A DNA stretch of 64,000 bases from Candidatus Yanofskybacteria bacterium CG10_big_fil_rev_8_21_14_0_10_36_16 (lineage in GTDB: Bacteria > Patescibacteriota > Minisyncoccia > 2-02-FULL-40-12 > IGHO2-01-FULL-4-A). The notes below the pieces were generated by a model. That model did no database searches, was not told where the DNA came from, and was given only the letters and a program-made list of their open reading frames with translations. A program made the position numbers and the translations under genes. Numbering within the stretch: the first letter of the stretch is position 1; each line of letters starts with the position of its first letter. Where the stretch lies: positions 83,669 to 147,668 of the forward strand of contig PCXQ01000005.1 of assembly GCA_002794035.1 (NCBI GenBank), in the 5' to 3' direction. Shown here piece after piece: positions 1-8,891 of this stretch.

Positions 1-1146
1 AACGCCGGTTTTAACAACCTTTTTATTTTGATTACCAGCATTAAAAACATGGCCAAAGCCGGCGAATGCCCTAAAATCAAAAGCTCCGTTGGAAAACAGT
101 GAGTAAAACACGTCAGCCTGAACTCCTCTTTTGGGCATAAGCGAATTCCAATCCTTATCAATCTCGTCATATCTAAGCGCTAAAGTAAGAGAGGACACTG
201 GGAAATAATTGGCTTCAGCAAAGCATCCCAAATCAGTCCGCCTCACACCCACAATATCACGGCTTGAACCGCCGGCTACTCCGCCAAGGACAAGCAGTTT
301 AGGGTTGACATCCAAGCTGGCCGTAACATAAGCGCGGTCAACCTTAGCTTCAAGACCCGATGCCCTGTGAGGCTGATCGGAGTGGATATAAGTTGCACCA
401 AATGAAGTGTTACCTCCGCCGAAAAGATGCTGATAGGCTCCGCCGTACGTCTGGGCGTCATTAAATGGTTCTACTTCATCAACTCTCATAGCAAAAAACC
501 TAACCGTATCTCTCATATTCCATGTATTCACAGCTTCAAACCCAAGTCCGTAGTTTTGGCCGAATTTATGTCCTTGGACAGATTCGTTTTGGATAAAATT
601 CCTGGGCGTCGGGTATCTGTCATTGCCCATAAACATTGATCCCCTAACTTGGGGCAGGCGTCCAGTCCTAATCTGATAGGTTGACTTCTCATTGCCGCCG
701 GTATATGTAAGATTCCCCGCCTTAAACCATCTGGCGTGCCTTTGCAGTCCAAATGCTGAACGGAAGGCTTCATTGGGTCGAATTTCGCTGAATGCCGCCC
801 ACTGGCTCTTATCACCGAAATTAACTGTAGCGAACATGTCATACTCTTCATAGGCGGTTTTGCCCTGCCAATCCTTGCCTGCGGATTTTGTCTGGGTATT
901 AGTAAATTTATATACCAACGAAACCACATCCAGAGGATTAGAGATTTCTTTTTTTTCAAAATCGAACCGATATCCCCGTAACTTAAATTCGTAGCCCATA
1001 CGATTAAGTCGCGGCCACGCATTACTGATATGACAGTGGTTACAATTCATGCCGTATCTGTTGGCCCATTGTGGAACCGCCTGCGCATTAGGCGCAATCA
1101 TAGAAACCGCAAAAAACAAAACTAACGCAGTAATGATTTTGTTCAT
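1..1146 (-). CDS. cyc2: Cyc2-like cytochrome c-porin fusion (3' end beyond window)
   Basis: Hand-translated open frame from ATG at 1146 (SD AAGGAGG) to the window edge, 382 codons: MNKIITALVLFFAVSMIAPNAQA-VPQWANRYGMNCNHCHISNAWPRLNRMGYEFKLRGY. Signal peptide, single CxxCH (1030-1044), PxL and GxxFxxxGY, then Gly/aromatic amphipathic beta-strand-like sequence. Not in ORF track. Confidence 0.8.
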   Translation of the reverse strand, partial: MNKIITALVLFFAVSMIAPNAQAVPQWANRYGMNCNHCHISNAWPRLNRMGYEFKLRGYRFDFEKKEISNPLDVVSLVYKFTNTQTKSAGKDWQGKTAYEEYDMFATVNFGDKSQWAAFSEIRPNEAFRSAFGLQRHARWFKAGNLTYTGGNEKSTYQIRTGRLPQVRGSMFMGNDRYPTPRNFIQNESVQGHKFGQNYGLGFEAVNTWNMRDTVRFFAMRVDEVEPFNDAQTYGGAYQHLFGGGNTSFGATYIHSDQPHRASGLEAKVDRAYVTASLDVNPKLLVLGGVAGGSSRDIVGVRRTDLGCFAEANYFPVSSLTLALRYDEIDKDWNSLMPKRGVQADVFYSLFSNGAFDFRAFAGFGHVFNAGNQNKKVVKTGV

Positions 1147-1355
1147 CTTTCCCTCCTTTCGCTTTTTAAAAAATCTAATTTGCGAGGTGTCTAAAAATAC
1201 CCGATTATACCCCCGCTAACAAAAATGTATACCAATAATCAATATTTACCAAAGTTTTAACCTAAGGTTAAAAACAGAGAATGCTCCTAAAAATATAGAA
1301 AGATAACCCAGCATTAACATAAGCAAGGTTTTAAACCACATTTTATGCATTATAA

Positions 1356-1387
1356 TTGACAAAAATAATTAGAAATTATAATATAAT
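1356..1387 (+). promoter_or_regulatory. Putative sigma70 promoter of the TrmB-family gene
   Basis: TTGACA at 1356 and TATAAT at 1377 or 1382; spacing imperfect. Confidence 0.4.
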
Positions 1388-1500
1388 ACGACGACCAAAA
1401 AGTCGCCTCGTGTCTATATGTTCACATTACATCAGTTGCCAAGTGCCACTCCTTCACTTAAAACTGTGGAGGGACACAGCAGACGCCAGGTGCTACCACT

Positions 1501-2232
1501 ATGGAGATACAAAAAATCATACAAAATTTAGGGTTAACCGAAAAAGAAGCGGCTGTTTACTTGGCTAGTCTTGAGCTTGGAGACGAAAAACTGTTCAAGA
1601 TAGCAAAAACCGCTCACATACCCAGGACAAGCTGCTACAACATGGTAAAATCTTTAATTTCAAAGGGGCTGATCAGTGTTTTTAAAACTGGAACAGGGCA
1701 ATTTTATAAAGCAGAAAGTCCGGAAAGACTTTTAAACTCCCTTCGAGAAAATGAAATTTCTTTGCGTAAGATACTCCCCCAGCTCAAATCAAAACACCAA
1801 GAAACAAATAACAAGCCAAGGGTTTATTTTTATGAAAACGCCCAAGGTATAAAAACAATTTTAGAGGATATTTTAATAAAACAGCATCCCCTCATGGCTA
1901 TAACTTCTGTTGATGATGCTTTAAATGTTTTGGGTGATAATTTTAGAGATTTTATAAACAAAAGGCACAAAAAATACTTGAGGGTCAGATTATTAACCCA
2001 AAAATCTGATTATTCCTTGGAATTAAAAAATCGTGATGAACAGGAATTGCGACGAACAAAATTCCTGCCTGTCGATTTTATCTTCAAAACAGCAAATTTT
2101 ATTTACGGCAACAGGATAGCTATAATAGACTTCCAAAGAAAAAATCCTTTCGGATTAATAATAGAAGACGAGAACATATCTGAAACACAACGGATGCTTT
2201 TTGAAATAACATGGAAACAAGCCACCTCCTAA
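1501..2232 (+). CDS. TrmB-family HTH transcriptional regulator
   Basis: LGLTEKEAAVYLASLELG...IAKTAHIPRTSCYNMVKSLISKGLI N-terminal wHTH; C-terminal IYGNRIAI domain. Confidence 0.85.
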   Translation: MEIQKIIQNLGLTEKEAAVYLASLELGDEKLFKIAKTAHIPRTSCYNMVKSLISKGLISVFKTGTGQFYKAESPERLLNSLRENEISLRKILPQLKSKHQETNNKPRVYFYENAQGIKTILEDILIKQHPLMAITSVDDALNVLGDNFRDFINKRHKKYLRVRLLTQKSDYSLELKNRDEQELRRTKFLPVDFIFKTANFIYGNRIAIIDFQRKNPFGLIIEDENISETQRMLFEITWKQATS

Positions 2233-2251
2233 AGAAAAACGAATAGCACCT

Positions 2252-2288
2252 AAAAAACGTCACCGCTTGTAAGTGGTGACGTTTTTTT
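2252..2288 (+). terminator. Intrinsic terminator (bidirectional type)
   Basis: AAAAAACGTCACC-GCTTGTAAG-TGGTGACGTTTTTTT. Confidence 0.75.
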
Positions 2289-2320
2289 ATTATTCGATGG
2301 GGTAGGTTTCCTATCGAACT

Positions 2321-2471
2321 CGTTTCCAAAGCCAGATAACAACTGCGACAACCCTAACCACAGCATTAAACCTCGGGATAATAACATATGCATTTTCAGG
2401 CCTTGTCTTATTGCTGGGTCTAATATCAGTTTGGACAGGAATAACCTTTTACAGTCTAAGAAAAAAAGATA
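2321..2471 (+). pseudogene. Orphan 3' fragment of a membrane protein gene
   Basis: Frame without a start reads ATTLTTALNLGIITYAFSGLVLLLGLISVWTGITFYSLRKK (TM helix plus basic tail). Confidence 0.35.
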
Positions 2472-2519
2472 GCTCAGGAACTATGCCTAATCTGAGTTAA
2501 TAAAAAATAGTTAAAAAAC

Positions 2520-2551
2520 AAAAACCCCTCCTTTTAAAAGGAGGGGTTTTT
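2520..2551 (-). terminator. Intrinsic terminator after cupin gene
   Basis: AAAAACCCCTCCTTT-TA-AAAGGAGGGGTTTTT. Confidence 0.75.
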
Positions 2552-2560
2552 AAAAAGTTT

Positions 2561-2959
2561 TTATTCTGTTGTGATTCCATCAAAATCTTCTTCGTTTGCC
2601 ATTGCTTCCTCTTTTGTAGCCCTGACTATGCCGTCTTTATGATGTGCTGGAGAATAAATAGTATAAAGCTTTAAATCATCTTCTTCTGAAGTATTGATTA
2701 CGTTGTGCTCTGCTCCAGCAGGCACAACAATAGCTGAACCATCTTCAAGTTCATATTCTTTACCATCAATTGTGCATTTGCCTTTGCCCTCTTCTATTCT
2801 AAAAAACTGATCATTATCAGCATGAATTTCCATGCCGATATCCTCTCCCGGCTTTAATGACATCAGAACAAGCTGGCTATGCTTTGATGTATATAATACC
2901 TTTCGAAAATTACTATTTTCTAAGGTGTCTTTTTCTATATTTGAATTAAATCCTTTCAT
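2561..2959 (-). CDS. Cupin domain protein
   Basis: MKGFNSNIEKDT...SQLVLMSLKPGEDIGMEIH...DQFFRIEEG...VPAGAEHNV. The real start is likely 2959; the longer ORF-track extension lies inside a MITE. Confidence 0.85.
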   Translation of the reverse strand: MKGFNSNIEKDTLENSNFRKVLYTSKHSQLVLMSLKPGEDIGMEIHADNDQFFRIEEGKGKCTIDGKEYELEDGSAIVVPAGAEHNVINTSEEDDLKLYTIYSPAHHKDGIVRATKEEAMANEEDFDGITTE

Positions 2960-3101
2960 CCCCACACTCATTAAGAATAACCCGGAAAAGCTTATTGCAA
3001 ATTCAACTTCCCAACTTATTCCTAAATATTTATTTTTTAGTTTACCTCCCACTTCTGTTCAAAAATTTAAGGCAAATTCTTAATGCTTAATGAGTGTGGG
3101 A
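2960..3101. mobile_element. MITE-like element, copy 1 (CCCCACACTCATTAAGAAT termini)
   Basis: About 19-bp terminal inverted repeats, flanked by a TTCAT direct repeat; interior similar to 19904-20040. Confidence 0.75.
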
Positions 3102-3148
3102 ATTCATAATGTTAATAATATCACAACAGATGTGAAATGATGATGAAA

Positions 3149-3616
3149 TTATTTTTTATTAATATTTTTCCAAAGCCAAACAATGGCAAGAACCCCTACA
3201 ACAAGCCAAACAAGGTGGATAACACACATAAGTGAAAACCAAAATCCACCCAACCCCCAGTGATGACCCCGAGACATCATGTTCCAACCATCGCCATAAT
3301 CATCGGAATTCATGAATCTGCCCATCATCATTCCATGCGGTCCTGGGTATTCGTCCATAAGTTCAACCATGCGATCCGCTTCTTCTTCTGTCATAGTACC
3401 AGACATCATTTTTGTCATTAAATCCTCCATTTCCTCATGGATTTCATCTCCTACTGCCTGATCTTCAACATAACGCATCATATTATAACCGTCACCCACC
3501 TCATCAAAATCCAACATCATGCCCCCGTGAGCAAAAACAAAAACGGGAACTAAAAACAAAGCAATCAAACTTGATACAAATATTTTTTTCACAATTATGT
3601 TAAGCCAATTACGCAT
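3149..3616 (-). CDS. Met/His-rich membrane-anchored protein (possible Cu binding)
   Basis: Signal peptide VFA-HGG, Met-rich core, C-terminal TM helix; downstream of Cu ATPase. Confidence 0.6.
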   Translation of the reverse strand: MRNWLNIIVKKIFVSSLIALFLVPVFVFAHGGMMLDFDEVGDGYNMMRYVEDQAVGDEIHEEMEDLMTKMMSGTMTEEEADRMVELMDEYPGPHGMMMGRFMNSDDYGDGWNMMSRGHHWGLGGFWFSLMCVIHLVWLVVGVLAIVWLWKNINKK

Positions 3617-3658
3617 AGCACAATAAGCTCAGTTAAAAATTTATTAATCAAAAACAAA

Positions 3659-5881
3659 TTAAAGTTCTTCTTTTTTTAATAATATCGCATTAACCGCAAC
3701 AATTACAGTACTCACAGACATTAATATTGCAGCTATTGCCGGCTGTAAAATTATCCCCTTAAAAGCGAGCACGCCAGCCGCCAAAGGCAGTGCTATCACA
3801 TTGTAACCAGCGGCCCAAAACAAATTTTGAATCATTTTCTTGTATGTAAGCTTAGAAAGTTTGATAATGCGGACTATGTCTCTTGGATCATCTTTTACAA
3901 GTATTATGCCGGCAGACTCTATGGCAACATTAGTGCCAGCTCCAATAGCAATACCGAGATCAGCCTGCGTAAGAGCAGGAGCGTCATTTATGCCATCCCC
4001 AACCATCGCAACTTTCCGTCCTTCTGACTGCAGAACCCTTACCTTATCTGCCTTTTGACCGGGCAAAACACCTGCAAAATACTTATCGATATTAAGTTCT
4101 TCAGCAACCCATTTAGCAACTTCTGCTGAATCGCCTGTTATCATTGCAATCTCTACTCCTTCTTCCTTTAGTTTTTGCAAAGCATCCTTAGACTCAGGTC
4201 TTATTGTATCCGACAAAGACAAAATACCAATTAAATTATTGGAATCTAATACATAAATTATTGTTTTGCCTTTTTTTGAATCACTTTCAACTTCACCCTC
4301 AAGATCTCTAGGAATATTAATATTGAATTCCTCTGCTAGGCTTTTACTGCCCACAAAAATTTCTTTTCCTTCTATCTCACCCTTTACTCCCCTGCCTGGA
4401 ATTCTTGAAAATTTAATTGCCTCATGAAAATTAATATTTTCTTCTTTTGTTTTTTTAACAATTGCTTTGGCAATAAAATGTTCTGAATGGGCATCAATTG
4501 CTGCCGCCATACTCAAAACATCCTCTTTGCTTTTATTCTCTGCGGGCCACACGTTGCTTACGCCGTACTCTCCCGAGGTTAAGGTTCCTGTCTTATCAAA
4601 CAATACAGTATCGATGTTTCTTGCCGCCTCAAGCGCTAAACGGCGTTTAACTAGAAAACCATTCTGTGCCGCCATAGTAGTAGAAATTGACGCAACCAAA
4701 GGAATCGCCAATCCCAAAGCATGAGGACAAGTAATAACCAAAACCGCAACCAAACGTGAAATAGCAAATGGGAAACCTGCGTCAGAAAAAAGCGTCCATC
4801 CGGCAAATGTTATGACGCCTCCGCTTATTGCAATAATAGTAAGATAATAAGCAGCCTTATCTGAAAGAAGCTGTAATTTTGATTTAGAATTTTGAGCTTC
4901 TTCAACCAACCGCATGACTCCCGACAAAAAAGTATCTTCTCCTATTTTGGAAACACGCGCCTTTAAGGATCCGTTGCCGTTTACCGTACCGGCAATAACC
5001 TCATCTCCCTGTTCTTTATTTACCGGCCTTGATTCGCCGGTAACCATAGATTCATTGATATCTGAAGAACCCTCAACAATCACAGCGTCCGCTGGAATTT
5101 TACCTCCCGGACGGATAAAAACCACGTCGTCTTTCTTTAATTCCGAAAGGGGAATTATTTTATTATTTCCGTTTTCTATTATCTCAGCTTCATCCGGAAG
5201 AAGCTTTGATAATTCTTTAAGAGCACCTTGAGCTCCCTTAACCGCTCGCATTTCCATCCAATGGCCCAAAAGCATGATAGTAATAAGAGTTGCCAGTTCC
5301 CAGAATAAGACATCTCCCTTTCCTGTTATAACAACAGAAAGGCTATATATATAAGCAGTAAATATAGCCAATGAAATAAGGGTCATCATCCCCGGCGACC
5401 TACCTTTAAGCTCGCGCCAAGCACTGGAAATAAATATCCAACCGCCATAAAAGAATATTATAGAAGATAAAATAAGAGGCAAAAAACTGGAACCGGGAAA
5501 TGAAGGGGCTGTGTAACCAAAAAGTGTATTTACAATCTCAGAATACATCACCACCGGCACCGACAAAACCAAGCTCACCCAAAATTTTGTTTTGAATATG
5601 TTGCCATGTTTTTTATGACCATGACCCTCGTGCTTATCTTCTTTTTTAATTTCTTGTAAAACCAGCTTCATACCGCATGACGAACAAAGACCGGGAGAAT
5701 CTTTGCGTTCTTCTGAGTGCATAGGGCAAACATAAGCCTTATTTTTATGCTCACTATGCTCGTCTCTGGTTTTGTCTTGTGATTCCACTAATTGCATACC
5801 GCATTCACTACAAAGGCCTGGCCGATCCTGCTTAATATCCGGATGCATGGGACAGATATAAATTTTATTATTGTTTTCCAT
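3659..5881 (-). CDS. copB: Copper-translocating P1B ATPase (CopB/P1B-3 type) with two N-terminal CPMH metal-binding domains
   Basis: TGES, CPHALG, DKTGTLT, GDGINDAP; 2x YxCPMH...PGxCxxCGM; His-rich linker. Confidence 0.85.
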   Translation of the reverse strand: MENNNKIYICPMHPDIKQDRPGLCSECGMQLVESQDKTRDEHSEHKNKAYVCPMHSEERKDSPGLCSSCGMKLVLQEIKKEDKHEGHGHKKHGNIFKTKFWVSLVLSVPVVMYSEIVNTLFGYTAPSFPGSSFLPLILSSIIFFYGGWIFISSAWRELKGRSPGMMTLISLAIFTAYIYSLSVVITGKGDVLFWELATLITIMLLGHWMEMRAVKGAQGALKELSKLLPDEAEIIENGNNKIIPLSELKKDDVVFIRPGGKIPADAVIVEGSSDINESMVTGESRPVNKEQGDEVIAGTVNGNGSLKARVSKIGEDTFLSGVMRLVEEAQNSKSKLQLLSDKAAYYLTIIAISGGVITFAGWTLFSDAGFPFAISRLVAVLVITCPHALGLAIPLVASISTTMAAQNGFLVKRRLALEAARNIDTVLFDKTGTLTSGEYGVSNVWPAENKSKEDVLSMAAAIDAHSEHFIAKAIVKKTKEENINFHEAIKFSRIPGRGVKGEIEGKEIFVGSKSLAEEFNINIPRDLEGEVESDSKKGKTIIYVLDSNNLIGILSLSDTIRPESKDALQKLKEEGVEIAMITGDSAEVAKWVAEELNIDKYFAGVLPGQKADKVRVLQSEGRKVAMVGDGINDAPALTQADLGIAIGAGTNVAIESAGIILVKDDPRDIVRIIKLSKLTYKKMIQNLFWAAGYNVIALPLAAGVLAFKGIILQPAIAAILMSVSTVIVAVNAILLKKEEL

Positions 5882-5902
5882 AATAATTGATGCTTAATTT
5901 TA

Positions 5903-6838
5903 TTATACCCCACAACTACCTCCTGCCGAAATTTGAACAGGTTCAATTTCAGCTCGTATCTGCCTATAAGCAACTGCGCTTGAATAGTCATTCCCCAAAA
6001 CTTCTTTTGGATCTACATCACTCCAATCAATCCCCCTCTTTTCTTTCATAAATTTAGCTATAGTAAGGTAGGTATCAGGGAACCAATATGAATTAAACTT
6101 TAAAGCAAATTCATACATTTGGCTTTCTGTAAGACCCCTATCGGCCATCAATTCAAGCAAACCAAGCATGGCCATTCCGTGATTACAATCTGGGAAATAT
6201 GTATGATTACCGCAACAAGGACGATATATACCCTTAGCAACCCTCTCAACCAATTCTTGCTTAGATTCATCTAGATTTACAAAATCATGCTTACTGTAAT
6301 GACTCATGGGATTGCCATCAGCTAAAGACCATCCGCCGGTAGAGGCAAATTTCGAGGTATCATATTCAGTCATTGGGCCCTCTTCTAAAACCCTGTTTTT
6401 GTTTGCTAAACCAAATGCCCAAAGAAGATTTAAAATCTGTCCCGCATTTTCTTCATTTATTTTAATCTCTGTAATACCGCTTTCATATAATAGTTTTTTT
6501 GTTTCCTCGTGTATGCCTCCCCTTTGCTCGAAAAGTTTTTCAAATTTACCAACGTCTATAACCCCGGTAGAAGCCAGCTTCCTACCAGCATCATTCCACC
6601 AAACAGGAATAACAACTTCATTAGGCAAAACTTCTTTTTTAGTTTTGTTTTCCCTATAATCAGCTATCGCACTGTCTACTTTTGCCAATAAATTCAAATT
6701 CAAACCCACAACCTGAGTAAAAACAAAGGTGATGGCAACAACAATAGCTAAACCTTTCCAAGTCATAACTTTTTTAGATATTTCTTTAATTTTTTTTATA
6801 TTATTTTTAATTTTTTCCATATTTTTTATAACTGGCAA
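5903..6838 (-). CDS. Conserved hypothetical membrane-anchored protein with Cys/His cluster
   Basis: TM helix; RPCCGNHTYFPDCNHG; C-terminal GGSCGV. Confidence 0.7.
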   Translation of the reverse strand: MPVIKNMEKIKNNIKKIKEISKKVMTWKGLAIVVAITFVFTQVVGLNLNLLAKVDSAIADYRENKTKKEVLPNEVVIPVWWNDAGRKLASTGVIDVGKFEKLFEQRGGIHEETKKLLYESGITEIKINEENAGQILNLLWAFGLANKNRVLEEGPMTEYDTSKFASTGGWSLADGNPMSHYSKHDFVNLDESKQELVERVAKGIYRPCCGNHTYFPDCNHGMAMLGLLELMADRGLTESQMYEFALKFNSYWFPDTYLTIAKFMKEKRGIDWSDVDPKEVLGNDYSSAVAYRQIRAEIEPVQISAGGSCGV

Positions 6839-6847
6839 ACAATAATT

Positions 6848-7294
6848 TTACCAGTTTTTACAACATTCAATTATTTTTTTAACAGTTGTCGAAACAACGG
6901 GCACATTTCTAAAAATATAAACAGCAGCAAACAATCCCCACAAAACCGCCAAAAAATACCATTGCGCATAATACTCTATCTCTCTAAAATAAATTGCGGT
7001 GTAGGCTATTGCCGCTAATGTAATAAGAAATGGCAAACGAAATAACTTTAATTTTTCATCTACCTTACCATCAACAAAATAGTAAAAACCTGTAACGCTT
7101 TGCCCCATAAACAAAGCCACTAGGGCTTTGTCATAGATGTAGCCCATATGCAAAGCCAAAAGCAATCCTGCCCAACTCAAAACCACGCTTGCGCATATAA
7201 CGCAAAATTTAGTTTTTAGCAAACTTCGCAATACCAGAAGTAATGGAAATAGTATTGCAGGCAACAAAATTAAAATAAAAGAATTTTCTACCAT
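6848..7294 (-). CDS. Membrane protein with CxxC
   Basis: Multiple TM helices, FCVICASV, terminal ECCKNW. Confidence 0.7.
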   Translation of the reverse strand: MVENSFILILLPAILFPLLLVLRSLLKTKFCVICASVVLSWAGLLLALHMGYIYDKALVALFMGQSVTGFYYFVDGKVDEKLKLFRLPFLITLAAIAYTAIYFREIEYYAQWYFLAVLWGLFAAVYIFRNVPVVSTTVKKIIECCKNW

Positions 7295-7803
7295 AACAGC
7301 AACTCAAAAATGGAAGCTGATGCCAAAAGGAGAAGAAATGTTGTTATTAACCCCTGATAAGGCAAGGCGGATCCATTTCGCAATAACGATATTTTCTTAC
7401 TGATAATCGGGGAAATAACAATAACAATTCCTCCAACCAATGATCCGATCAAAAAATGATTGATTAAATATGTTCTGCCATATTCCCCCAAAAAAGGAAC
7501 GTAAACAGAAGAATATTCCTGCATCAATGGAACAAGCGGTACAACAGTTCCGACAAAAGATCCGGCAACGATAGCTTGTCCTTGTCCTTTAAAATAATTC
7601 TTTTTAATCCAATGCGAGGCCCAATATCCAAGAGCCATGCCAAACGCCCCAACAAACACACCAATAGGAGCTGCGCCTACGCCTAGCCACTTAGCACCAA
7701 GAGCTGCTAATCCTGCTCCCGCAGTACACAAAGGACAGTGGGCAAAAACAGGTACCGCCATACCAATACCAATAAACACAGATAAAATAATTAATAAGTT
7801 CAT
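7288..7803 (-). CDS. Membrane protein with AHCPLC motif
   Basis: Signal/TM then HCPLCT, several TM helices; overlaps the next gene. Confidence 0.7.
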   Translation of the reverse strand: MNLLIILSVFIGIGMAVPVFAHCPLCTAGAGLAALGAKWLGVGAAPIGVFVGAFGMALGYWASHWIKKNYFKGQGQAIVAGSFVGTVVPLVPLMQEYSSVYVPFLGEYGRTYLINHFLIGSLVGGIVIVISPIISKKISLLRNGSALPYQGLITTFLLLLASASIFELLLW

Positions 7804-7844
7804 GCTTAATATTTACCGGAAATATAAAACTTCCAGTAAATTGA

Positions 7845-8333
7845 TTATAGATTCAAATACGATCCGATTTCACCGCCTTCTAGTATTGAATAAACAGCAA
7901 AATCACTATTCTTAACACCCGGCATGCCGGGGGAACCGGAAGGCATGCCCTGCAATCCTATACCCATTATGCTCGGCTTTTCTTTTAATAATTTAGACAC
8001 GGCTTCAAGTGGCATATGCCCCTCAACAACATACCCGCCTATTGTCATAGTATGACAACTCGAATGATCATACGGGACTCCGTATTTATCTTTAATTTCA
8101 TCCATTTCATCAGTAACTATTCTTTCAACTTCAATGCCGTAACGCTTTAAATAACCGATGTAATTATCGCAACACCCACAATTTGGTGATTTATAAACCT
8201 GAGCCTCCAAACCATCAAGATGGGCCCAAGCATCCTTTAATGTTGGAGGACTCGCAGGCGACATCCAGGCTAACCCCAAAACAACAACACCTATTATAAT
8301 GATTGATAAAAATATTTTTTTTGAATTTTTCAT
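7845..8333 (-). CDS. DUF411 / CopG-like metal-binding protein
   Basis: YKSPNCGCC, SCHT, YVVEGHMP, GMPSGSPGM. Confidence 0.85.
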   Translation of the reverse strand: MKNSKKIFLSIIIIGVVVLGLAWMSPASPPTLKDAWAHLDGLEAQVYKSPNCGCCDNYIGYLKRYGIEVERIVTDEMDEIKDKYGVPYDHSSCHTMTIGGYVVEGHMPLEAVSKLLKEKPSIMGIGLQGMPSGSPGMPGVKNSDFAVYSILEGGEIGSYLNL

Positions 8334-8347
8334 AATTTTAATAAATT

Positions 8348-8377
8348 AAAACGCCCGTTCAGATGTTGAACGGGCGT
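8348..8377 (-). terminator. Hairpin terminator
   Basis: ACGCCCGTTCA-GATGT-TGAACGGGCGT with A-tract on the left. Confidence 0.6.
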
Positions 8378-8419
8378 ACAGTTAAAATTAATATAAGCTA
8401 AACTTATAAACAACCGACT

Positions 8420-8857
8420 TTACGCCCTGATTAACGTGCCAGGAAAATATCTCTTGTTATGAATAGAACTCCAAAATAAGATCTTTTGCTTATAGCTATA
8501 GAAGAATTCCAAAATCTCCATGCGTAACCTATAAACAAATGTATAACTCAATATTTTTTTTTCTGGACTTGCCTTAATTAAGCCAGAAAAAACAAAAGCA
8601 AAAATAGCTAATAGGAAAATACTAGAAAAATTAAAACCTCCTATAAATACAGCTTGACTTAAGGACATAATTCCTGAAATATGGTGTGAAACAACAGCAA
8701 TCGGACTATTGCTTGGCGGGCATGCCCCATTTATCATACTGGCGATGGGACAATCAAGGTTAATGCTATGATCCATAGGAACAATAGTAAATACACTAAA
8801 CATGTTAGTGACAAATAAAAATAATATTAAAATTATTGCATATACCTTGTACCTCAT
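8420..8857 (-). CDS. Hypothetical membrane protein (Cys/His)
   Basis: Start reassigned to MRYKVY; DCP...ACP...SHHI between two TM helices. Confidence 0.55.
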   Translation of the reverse strand: MRYKVYAIILILFLFVTNMFSVFTIVPMDHSINLDCPIASMINGACPPSNSPIAVVSHHISGIMSLSQAVFIGGFNFSSIFLLAIFAFVFSGLIKASPEKKILSYTFVYRLRMEILEFFYSYKQKILFWSSIHNKRYFPGTLIRA

Positions 8858-8891
8858 ATCGGCTTTTATTTTAACACATAAATAATAAAAA

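Noticed and set aside
528-1022. 164-aa minus-strand ORF (and 276-461, 427-639) in the ORF track
   Set aside because: Alternative-frame shadows of the longer Cyc2-like ORF, which has an SD, signal peptide and family motifs
2960-3052. N-terminal extension of the cupin ORF and antisense ORF 2832-3083
   Set aside because: Both read through the MITE sequence; the cupin-like sequence begins at 2959
4467-5231. Numerous plus-strand ORFs opposite conserved minus-strand genes (here and across the window)
   Set aside because: Antisense shadows without motifs or ribosome sites
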